From NCBI GenBank assembly GCA_030141605.1, contig JAQGDQ010000005.1, positions 1,736,180 through 1,800,179 of the forward strand: DNA of 64,000 bases, given 5' to 3'. The position numbers and the translations under genes were made by a program. The first letter of the stretch is position 1; every line of letters begins with the position of its first letter. The notes under the pieces were generated by a model. The model saw only the letters and a list, made by a program, of their open reading frames with translations. It was not told the origin of the DNA and did not search any database. Positions 40,101 to 52,100 of the stretch are shown one piece after another. The stretch is from Tubiluchus corallicola. Taxonomy: Eukaryota > Animalia > Priapulida.

Positions 40101-43100
40101 GATTTCTGGATTTCATTTTCTTTCTTCAGTTTATTTAGAATTATTTTCAAGAAAAAGTAGATAATGTCCAAAAATTTAATTTTCCAGAGGTTTAAAAATT
40201 CTTTACTTATGTTACCACTTCTTTAATTTTTTAGAACTTGGACATGTTTAGAAAATGCCCTTCGGGAGATTTCAACTATACTGCATTCATTTATAGTTGC
40301 AATCTCCCAAGGGGAATTTTCTAAATAAACAGAACTGTTTATAGGGAGATTTGCGAATATTTTTTTTCTTCAGATTTGTTTGTAATTTACAGTGAGTTTG
40401 AGAAACTTGCAGTTGGGACTTTAGATGTGAGTTGGAATGAATCACCACACAGAACATATCAGACTCTCAGTGCTCAGCTTGCCGAGTGGGACAACTATTC
40501 TATAATGGAAATTGCTTATTTAGCAGAAGCAATGCAGTTTATAGGTAATGCTTTAAAGTTTAAACCTCTTTAGGTAAGTTTGAATTGTCTAAAATATGAT
40601 GTTGAAAACAGCAAAAACTAAAGTCACATTTCTCCTCGCTTGTTAAGACTTGATAAGTGAGACAAACAGAGTTTCTTTGGTCTGGCTGAAAATTGCCACC
40701 TTAAATTGCATTTGTCATTTAATTAGAGCTATTCAAACATTAGAATTTTTACCATCCTGTGCCTAAAAGTTTTGGAGAATGATTGTATTAATAACATCAC
40801 TTTTACAATTAAAATTTCATATTATGTGGCTAATTAAACCATTGTACTTCCATTGAGGGAGATTTGTTGCATTAGACATTTTGAAAGATTGGATGCCGAT
40901 TACCCAGCTACCTAGAAGGTAGATCGAAATCAGAAACAGAAAATTTGGAGGCTTCATACATCCATGAAAAGAATGGATCAGTTTGACCAAATGTATTTAA
41001 AAATACCCCAAGCTTTGCCGCCAAAATAAACAAAAGAGTGCTGTTTTTTCTAAAGAAAACTCATCATTTAATCAAAGATATATAAAGTTGAGGCAGCTGT
41101 GCGATTTGCAGTTTCAGAAAGTAAAAGTAATTTTATATTTTTGCAAAAGTGTTTGGATATTGTCTTCTGACATTTGCAGCCCATCCCTGTTGTCAGTCAT
41201 GGTTGACTAGTATCTATCTGGGTCAAATTGAAGTGAAAATCCTGAAATTTGGCTACATTGGCTTACCCATGTGGTTTAAAGTAAGTGTATTTGCAAAATT
41301 TTTGTTAAAATATTTTTGGTACTCAGAAAGTAACTTAACAAGTAGCCCAATTTATTTAAATAAGTAGGTTTTGCTTTTTGTTGTTCATGATGTTGTTGTT
41401 CTCGTTTGTCAAAGTCTTTTTGATTGACTGCAGGGAAAATTGTTTTTATAGTGCTTTCAGTAATTGTCACTTTTTTCATGATTTCTGTGGTTGCACATTT
41501 GTTTTCACAATTTGTGATGCACTAAATATAATTAAAACCAACTGTTTAATAGTGCTGTCAAGTTGATTTCACACTTTTTGTAATCCAGATTTGGGTGAGT
41601 GCCTTCTGTCTGCTTCCAATGTATGTATGGATTAATTTCAATATAAAAAAGAGCAGTCTGTATTTAAAGAAAAGCACAAAAGTTGCACGAAGTACAGAAA
41701 GCATCTTTAGTGACAGTGGTGAGTGTGATTTTTGTTTTAATGTCATTGATGTTGTAGTATTCTAAATAGATTGTGAAAACAAGATTTAGATTTAGGGATA
41801 TTTGTTCCGTAATACTTTTTCAAAAATGCTATTTCAGATTAAAACGCTTTTTCTATTTATCAGTTAGTGTGTTTTTGGAACAAAATTTATTTGCATGAGT
41901 GACTGAGTTTTCCTTTTTCTTTTGTTTAGTTTAGAAACCCTGCGCAAATGATTTTTCCTTAGGATGCTAGTAGACATTTGTACAGGGCGAAGCATTATTA
42001 AAAAACCTTGATTATCTTAGCCACTATTCTTCCAAATTTTTTCAACGTCATACTGTTTGAATCAGTCTTTGTTTCAACATTCTAACTATATCGCTGTTTA
42101 TGACACAGATGATTTTTATGCTATAGCTGGAATTAGTGGATATAAATCGATCAGGTAAAGTATTGAGAATGTGGCAGCTTCATGTTGGTCAGTTGCTAAA
42201 CCATCAATGTATGTAGAAAATGTTGGGTCGCTTTACAATTGCTTTTAGCTGTATTTTGTTATACATAAGATTATTCTAAGCTCGATGAAACTGATGGAAG
42301 TGAGAAAGAAGATAAAGATGAGATGGATACCGTATCCATGGAAGATTTGCAAAATCTCCAGGAAAAGCCATTGTCATTTTCACAATCGCTGCACCGTACT
42401 CTAGTCATGATTCGTAAAAGTGAAGTTAGCCTTCCCCTGTGGAAGAAGATCTTCATTTTATGGGATGCTCCTGTAACGAAATTTTGGACTGTTCAGGTTT
42501 GTTTTGTTTTCACTTTGAAAATGTGCATTATTGTTAATGATTTTTTTTCTGCTGTGGTATGAAAAAAAATTTAAAATTCCACATAATTATTATAAATTGC
42601 TAGAACTGCAAAGTATTACTGTATTATTAAAGCAATTCAGCAGCTATAACTTAAAAGTATCTACAGTGAAGTAGCTACAAAAAATTAGTCTCAGTGGGTC
42701 ATCATATACTATGCTTGACAATCATGTTCTTTTAAGAAAACATCATAGATTTTTACTGATAAAACATACATATAATTTTTTGTCCATATAATCAAATACG
42801 ATAAAATGTACCACATATTTTAGCAAGTTACATTGCCGGTATTTTTCAGACATTCTACATACTGTACTTAGCTTTATTCAGCTATGCTGTTCTACTACCT
42901 ACTTGTGGAAACTGGAACATTGACGTGGCTGTGTGGTTCTGGACACTTACGATTCTATTGGAGATTGTTCGTCAAACATATCAACAATATCGGGTAGGGG
43001 TGCACCGGATCCACTTTTGCCATTTCTGAATCAGATCCAGATCTGCATGTGCTGGGTCTGGTTCCAGATCCGTATCTACAAATTAATGTAAACAGTATTT

Positions 43101-46100
43101 CATTTGTTTAGCCTTTTGTTCATGTGGTTGCATCACCTGTCAATTTTCAGGGTCATTGAGTAATTTTAGTGAAACCACTGCAAATGTTGATGTACTGTAA
43201 TTTGGAAAACTTGATCCTCACTTGGTTAAATCTAAAAAACCACCAAACTGTGTTCTTACTGGAATGGAAGGATCATCATCATATGCCCACCGTGTCAGTT
43301 TTAGACATTGGGCAGGCAGAATTCAAAATTAGAAGAAATTTGCCCTCAAGACAGGTGAACACAGCAGTAATCCAACAAAAGACTAGACACTGCTGTGCCA
43401 GGGATCCGTTAAAATTACCGGATATCGGGATCCGGATCTTGATTGTACATTCTATTTGTAATTCTTGTGCTTAAACAGAAATACCTCTATCAGGTATTTT
43501 GCTGACTTTATATTTTATATTGTTTGGTTTGAAAATACGTTAGTTGTTCTATGAATATGATTTTTTTATCTTGATTTTGTAGATGTATCGATCACTGCCG
43601 CTTTTTCTGAAATATGTTGAGATTTTCTGCATTATTTGCTTTCTGATAATGTTTGGAGGCTTGCGCATTTTAGGAAACTATTTTGGCTATTATTATCCGT
43701 TTAGTGCTAAGGTAAGTTTTCTAAACTTCATTTCTTGGTATACTTGTGAAAAGTTATTTTATTTTTCATTTTAATTGCTTATGACATGTTTTTTCTGTGT
43801 TGTAAACGTATTCTTCACTTACGTTTGATGGAAATTATATAATACGTAATAGTGCATGTAACATTTATTATTATTATGGATGTTTTTCTCTGATTCTGTG
43901 GAATTTGTATGCATGTGACTTGTGTTCCTTGTTAGGTTCTGTTGTCTTGTATTTTAACAAAAATGCTGTTTAAATTAAGGGTACGCTTTTTTGTTGTTAA
44001 TTTGTTCTGCATTTTCAATTTTTGTTATCGTTAACAGGTTGTCATGTGTCTTGGTCTTCTGTATTTCTACTACCGTATGATTGCCACTTACTTGCCCGCC
44101 AGCCCGACATTAGGACCTATGCTGTTCCGAATTAGAAGAATGGTAAAGGTTTTCTTTGACTACTATAGTAAAAATGTATGAAAACTGTATTTTGTTTTTT
44201 GTGCGGCTGTAAGAGTAGATATGAGCACTGGACTTATGTTATTTTTATGCTATTGTTTTATGCTATTTTGGTCACTTACTGTAAATTATCTTAGGTGCAC
44301 CCATCTTTTAATATTTTGTTTTTCATGCACTATTGGAATCACTTATTTTAGGTAATGGTTGATTTTTTGGATTTCATGCGTATGTTTCTGCTATTTATGG
44401 CTAGCGGAGCAGTTGTCATGCATGCTATGTTATATCCAGATTATCCTGTAAATGTGGAAATGTTCCGTACAATGTTCTACCGAGCTTGGTTTTCCCTCTT
44501 TTTAACACCACCTGCTAGTGAACTTCAAGGTAAAGTGCAAAAAGCTATTTTTTGTCATGCTTGGGCAAATTGTGTTAGACACTTTGGTTGTCAGGGATGC
44601 TGTGAAAATGCTAACCTGAAAAACTTGAATAATTTTCATAATTCTAATCCAGGCATTCAGAAATATGGAAGTGCTGGTTATTTGTTTAAAACTGTCTATG
44701 CATATCAATAGCTAAGTTGTTTAGTCGCTTGGAAATCAGTTTCTATTGGCTCTGAGATTGCTTATATGCACTTAGATTGGTTTGACATTTATATTTGGCT
44801 GAGGTACAACTTGCTACGTCGAGAGATAGGATGTTGCAGTTACCTGCAAACCACCACACTTGTTTCAGCATAGTTTTAGATTTAGTTTGTTCAGAAATAA
44901 ATGAATGCTAAAAAATGACCTCCATGCATAAAATAGCATTTATTTTGGTTAAGTTGCTATTTTTGTATTTAAATGATGTAGTGACAAAGCAGTATATTCT
45001 CACTTGTGTGATTCCCTGAAGTTGTGTCTGTTTCACAGTTTGTTATAAATGCGTGAACTAGTTCCTGATTTCGTGATTTATTTAAACTAGAATGTTTCAT
45101 GTTTGTGAATAGGCAGGGATGATTGCAATAAAACATTTGCATCTGGAGCTGAAAAGTGCAGTGCGGGCATATGTAAGTTATTTTCTGCTTTCGAAGTTCA
45201 CTTTTATAAATTAATTTTCAATGCTGAAAATTAGAAGAACTCATATTTAATGAACAGTATGTGATAACTGAATTTGTTTATGTAAACACAGTTAGGTTTG
45301 ACAAACAATGTATTCTGCTGATATTTAATGGCAAGTCTGTCTCAGCTGATTCCTGACAAACAAATAATATCCTGACCCATGTCACAAGAAAAATTAATTG
45401 GTGGCATTCAAATATTAATGAGTTACCATATACATAAGCATTTTTAGTCATTTTTCATCACTTGTTAATAGACTTTTTATACATATATGTGTGTGAGCAA
45501 TATATATATTTAATGCTATTTTTTCTTATAATTTTCTGTTTTGGTAGTTACTGACTATACGTGTCCACACATTGGAGTTCTCACGTATGCTCTGGTCATT
45601 CTGTATCTAATTATCTGCAAACTTATTCTAGTGACTTTGCTCTATGCGTTCTTTAGGTGTGTTTTATTTCTTATTCTACAAATTTTTGGTGTATAGAGTT
45701 ATTCTACTGTAAAATGTGATATGCACCTTTTTGACATTTTATACTATTTTTGACTAATGACATGTCATTTGTTCTTACAAAAAATTTTCTAATTCCTTTA
45801 TTTTCTGAAATCTGTGTTTCGCAATTTGTTCTTCCAGTTGCCATGAAAATAAAAACGCACAAAGAAATTAGTGAAAATGAAATTTAATAAGTAAAAATGA
45901 ATTTGGAATGAAATATTAGACAAGTAGAGACTTCAGAAATCCTATTTTGCTGCTAATTTTCTCTTTTAAAAATGTCTTTACTAATCTTGTCAAAAGTTCT
46001 AAAATTGTGTACACTTTTAGATTCTCTGAATTTACTTATATTATCATGTTTAACAGTATTAGTGGTTACCTGTAGGTAGCTCATCATAACTAAATTGCTA

Positions 46101-49100
46101 TTATAATCAGTGTTGTATGTATAAAAAACTTAAAACTCCTATTTCATTGTAGTAACACAAATGCAAAAATAGAGCCAATTTCTGACTTGATTTGGAAGTA
46201 TCAGCGCTATCGATTGGTGATCAATTTTTCTACTCGATTGCGGATGCCACCACCACTTAATATTCTCAGTTATCTCATTTCCTTGCTGACGATCATCATC
46301 AACAGGATTTGTTGTGTTTGTTGCAAGAAGAAGAGGAAAATCACCTCGGTAATGATTGGTGTGAACATTTGCATCTGTTTGAAATTGTATTGGTAATTTG
46401 AAATATGTTTATCCTGAATTTGGAAAAAGAAAGATTGTAGGTCTCTTTTGAAAACATCTCCATTGGGGCCAATGAAATCAGTTTGATGCTGATATGCATT
46501 GGCATTGTTATTACATAAACATATGATTACAGTAAACCCTTATTGTATTGGACTAATTAGAGGAAAGAGTAATCCATTATAATTAGTAGTTCCTCATAAC
46601 CATTGACACACACTGTCTCCTTCATGTGGAGCATGTCTTATAGGAAAAAGCAAATACATACGCTCGTTTAGTTTAGTTACTCTAAAATCCAAATGTTCTC
46701 ACAACCACTGTGCAATTCCCTCAGTTTGAATCTGAAATTTGTAACATTAGTTGATAAACTTGTCTTCACTGCATATTTTTTTCTAGAAAGTATTTCTTTA
46801 TACATGAATCACTTTTGCACTAATAGTTCCATGGTTAAATACATTTTAAGGTTGATAGTAGCCTTAGACCCCAGGAATTTCAGTAGTTTTTCATGAGGCG
46901 CACATAGTTCAATGATAAGTGGGTGCGCCGCTGCTGTTTGCTACATTGGGTACAACAACAAATGCAACAAATTTTATAAGTTTTGCAAATATTATGATCC
47001 ACGAGCATATTATTTTCTGCAAGTAAAGTGCGAAGGTAAAATCACTTCTTTTTCGTATGCATACATATATGTTTGGCTGTGTGTATTTGATCATAAGAAC
47101 AAGTGAGGATGTGTGAAGGGGTGCTAGGACTTATTTATAGTTTACTTTCATTCAGTAAAACAATTATTGTAGAAACTTTCCCAGCTAATTATAATAGTGC
47201 TATTTCTCAGTTTACTGCAAAATCAGTGCATGGTAGCTACTAAGTCTAACATCAGTAATTAATTTACGGATAGATATTTAACCTAGTTTCCTAGACTATA
47301 CAGATAAATAAGAATACATGTTAATTAACACATACTATACACATACGAAATGTTCAGATGTAGTGCAGATATAAATAAATATGATAATACTGACTGTACA
47401 GCTGTAGACATAGTCCATTTGTCTGTTATATACCGTTAAAACGAGCTCCCGTAAATGAGGTTTTACAATATTTTAATGATAAATCTGACATTTTCCGTAA
47501 ATTTTTGTCATATTTACTTAGGAACAGGAAATGCTTGTAATGAGAAGAAAGATGAAGAAGCAGGCAAAAAAGTATAGTTACTGGCGCATGTGTGCTCGCA
47601 GTCATTGGTTACAGTTTCGACGTGCTCAGCAAACTCAACCTGCAACCGAACTTCAAGGAACAAGGTAGCATGGATGAAAAGATCATTTATTCTTTTATCC
47701 GTTTTATTATTTTATATATTTGTTTATTATGCCGCTTATTTCTTTATTCATTCATGCATGCATGCACTCATTCATTTACCCACTCACTCATTCATTCATC
47801 TATTCATTAATTAATTCATTCATACATTCAGTTGTTCTTTCATTCATTTGTTCTCTGTATTGATACACATTCATTTTTTTATTTAGTTTAGTTTATTTTG
47901 TTTAGTTTGCTAATTTGTTTGTTTATTCATTAGTTCAGTCGTAATTCATTCTTTCTTTGATTTATTGCATTTCCTTAGTCTTCTTATTCGATTGTTTTTA
48001 ATTTTTTGTTTGCCTTTTTGTCAAAAGATGAAAGGTAGAATGTCATTGAGAGAAACAAAAATATTTGTGAGCATTACATTTAAGACAAACTTTGCTGTTT
48101 AGTGATTCTGTGTTGACTAGTTGACTACAAGTTTGTTTTTGTGTTTGTTTTTTGCCACTAACATTTATATTACTTTCTGATCATTACATTTTGCAGCTTG
48201 TCCTTGTTATCTGAACTTTTGGAATCTCAAAAATATAGCCTACGGCGTGTGAAGGATAGACTGTCTGATATAGAAAAAGCTTTGTTCAATACCCGTGTTT
48301 GTCTGGAAGATGTTCACCACATGCTTGGACAGAAGGGTAGGATTAAAAAATCATTACTTATCTAGACTCTGAAGTGTAAAAGCCTATGAACCGCAACAAC
48401 AACAACATGAATCAGAAAAATTTCTTATTATTTGATGTCTACAAAAGTCATTGCTTGTGAAAACAGCAGTCAATGTAGCCAGTGTTTTTAGCATTATTTA
48501 CACATGGTCAAGAATCGCTCCTGTAAAAACATTAACAGTCTTGTACTTAGCTTTGTTAGTGCAAAAGCGATTTTAATTACAAATCCTGAAATCTTATTCA
48601 ACTGCTGGGATCTTAACTCACATCATCCTGCACTGAACTTGGCATTACAAAGACTGATTTAAGAAATATCTTAACAATTACAAATTGCTGGTTGTGTTCT
48701 GAAGTGCATTTTTGTAAATCAAATCAGTGCTGGTGTTCCCAAACACTCTGTAATAATCTGTATTATATTGCTGAGTACTGGTTTGTTCTGTTTGTATCAC
48801 CGATTTCTCAGTAGTATAGCTAGAGTTAGCCACTTCTCCGATTAAAAATGCAATATAATAACTTTCTTGTGATTTTAGATCTGTAAAATTCATTGCATTG
48901 CAGTTGCAATAACTTGTGCAGATAAAATAGTTGTGAAGAAATAAGTTTTCTTCCTTGCATGCCTTAAACGCACGATCGATCTTCTGAAATCTTCCTCAAA
49001 TGTGAACACAGGAAAGATTAGAACCGTGATTATAAATACACTACACAAATATCTCAAGACATGTATTGCACAGAAATTTTGAAAATAACAAAAAAATATG

Positions 49101-52100
49101 TAAATATGATCATCTTCATTTCGCAGACTTTCAACAGTAGGTGTTACAGATAATCAATGTATTCATGGAAAATTAACTTGCCAGGCATTTTGTTTTTTGT
49201 TAAGAAAAATACACAGACACGTTGAGCAGTTTATCTGCAAATTTGAACAATTTCTAAAACAGTGAAAATACAAACGTCAAAATGCCTGCTACACCAATAG
49301 ATGCACAAATTATACGTCGCTACATCTACAACAATTATGGATGTGCAGATTAAACAACGATATTTACCTACTGTACACACACTATATAAGTTTTGTAATA
49401 CCTTTCTAATGTTCCGACAAAGTCAACTTTTTCAGTGCACTTGATCAAGGTGGTGCCCAGGGTGGATCGCAACCTCTGCCCCCCCCCCCAGCTACACACT
49501 GTGATTACTGGTTTTGCTGCTGCTATTGTTAATTTCCATAGAATATTTGGAGATGTTTATGAGCCCGTTCTTTCCAATTGCACTGTTATTTAGAGAATTA
49601 TTTACCAGAAAATTGCTTCCCAAGAAGAACATCAACAGATACTGTTTATGGCTAGCAATTTAATTATAAAAGTTTTATTTGTCTAGACCCGTATTGAGTT
49701 TCTGCTTTCTAACTGTAAACCTTACCGTGAATACTCACTAACCTTGTCTGAAGTGATCTGCAACAAAAAGAAAACCCGCCATTTAGTTGAACCTGTGATA
49801 AACAGGTAAAAAAACAAGTTTGAAAAAAATACAAAAAATGCCAATGTAATTTATCAGTAGTTTAGGTAATATTTAAAGGAAAAGACATGTCATTTATCAT
49901 GTTGGTTTTTTTCGTCTATCATTACAGATTAGAAAAATATAGCAAAAATTTGCAGTAAAACTCCCTATAAAGCATAATCTTAATTTAAACTACGGTTAAA
50001 ATTTTCAGGCGTGATGATAGCCACATGCACTTGAAAATTATGATGCAATTGGTTGACTTCTGTCTTATTTTCATAAGCACATCACTTAAACTAATTCATA
50101 CTTTTGCAGCTTACCTAAATGTTCCCTCTGATATATCTTAAAATACTCGTTATACTTTGATTGTGCCTTTCTTAAACCTGCTTTTCTTCAAATCAGTTTG
50201 CTAATTACGAAGAATTAACTTCTAACTACTATTGGGGGAAGAATTAACGAGCTCAAGCGTCAGACAATTGTGACTTCAAAGTAATTTTACTAATTATACT
50301 AGGCGCTTATAATACTTTTATTCCGGAATCTTTCTAAGATTTTTCATGAACATTCTAATAAACTTCACTTCCCAGGAGCCTGGCTTTTTTCCTTTGATAC
50401 TTAAGACTGTATTTATTTCTTTATAGTACAACGAAATATTATAATGTTTGTTTTTATTGATGCTTTTATATTAAAATACTAAAGATATAAAATTACAAAG
50501 ATCCGAAAGTTTAACTATAAACATAATGGCTTAAGTATAACTGCCACATTTTGTAAATTATGAATTGTTGTATTACTGCTATTTAAAATAATTCTAAAAA
50601 GTTTGCATACATAAAATATCTTAAAAATAATTTACTTGATATGCATTACTAGCCAGCAAATTATAACTGAAAAAAAATTGACAACGTTATCACATGTGTG
50701 AAATTTTGTGTTTTGTAAATAAATGTTTTAGGGGTGACTTCAGTGTAATTAAGTTAGTCTCTGTTCCAATTTCAAAGAACTCCAGAGCTCTTTGGCTATC
50801 CAATCTGGTTTTTGCACAAGAGAGGCTAAGAAGCTTATATATGTTATTCTGTGCATATAATGGAATATTTGAGCAATGTGAATTATTAATTCATACTGTT
50901 TTTACTGTTTTTTCTGTTCTAGTTTGAACATTTACTGTTTCTTTAGTAAAGTAACATTGTTCATACTATAACTGTTTGCCAAAGTATATTGACTTTGACA
51001 TTGACTGCTTTCAGTTTCATTGTTTCTGATCCTGATGTTAGAAAATGTGTTGCCATGTAGAAGTTATAACTCTCACAAATCCATATCACTTCTTTTCATT
51101 CTATATTGATTTTATTTAATAAAATAATATGGCATAATTTTCCTATTGATTAGGGGCTTTTCTAGATGGTGCAAACTTCTGATGCGTATTGATTTAAATA
51201 TCAATTTGCAGTTTGCTGCTCTGTTCTTTCTTCATCATATGTGAGCACTTTTGCCTGGACTTTGTTGCACAAAAGTTATTCTTTAGCACAGTCGTACTGC
51301 ATTTAAAAGTATGCGATATTCACTTTTTTTTCCTTTACTGGTAAGTGTTTTATAAATAAGGTATTTTTTATTCTTCTTTTTAGTTTTATTGTACTTTTTT
51401 TCTAAAAGAAGTAGTTATAACCTTCTGTATCTTCATGTACAGATTTTATAACAAAATACAAATGTTAGTGTGAATTGATATTCTCTTATAATTCACTTAT
51501 GTTGCCTTAATGAAAGTTTTAGTAGGAGTAAATACAGGATTTACTAAGAAGTGCCTTGAGAGCATTTATTTCCATTTATGTACTAGCGAGCAATGTTGCA
51601 CATTCGTAATCACACGAAATAAATAGTTTAATTATAATATGATATTTTGGAAACAGTATTCCTCTTCCCTGGTTTATACAAAATGAATGAATGTAAAATT
51701 CCAAAACTGAATTTAAAAGACATTTAAGGTAACAAGCACTTAAAAGCAGAAAATGGTCAGTAAGGTGTATGAAAATTTAATTTCATAAATAATCTATTAC
51801 CATTCTTTTATTCTGGTTTTTCTCTGATGGAATTTGTTGTGCCATTAATTAAACATTAAATTTTTATGTTTTGGTATTTTATAGTCCTTCATTTTTTTTA
51901 ATTATTTTCATTGACAGTAAAATGCGTGAGTTTTATTTTTTGCCTTTTCAGATGGTATTGCTTGCAATTGAACCAGCTTCATCACCAGGGGCAAAAACAA
52001 ATTGTGAAGACGATAAAGATTATACTGTTTACCTGGACAGATGTTTTTACCCAGCAGAGGGTGCTGGTAAAAATAAGAAGTGGGACGACTGGATTGCTAA

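Noticed and set aside
42109-42154. Candidate 46-nt TRP micro-exon (cacag|ATGATTTT...ATCAG|gtaaag)
   Set aside because: Ends in phase 2, while the next plausible acceptor (42270) needs phase 1; the flanking exons join in frame without it. It could still be a poison or alternative exon.
51871-51951. N-terminus of the 769-aa ORF as given in the ORF track
   Set aside because: Starts at a non-ATG codon within T-rich intron sequence; the upstream exon 51311-51340 gives a better signal peptide.
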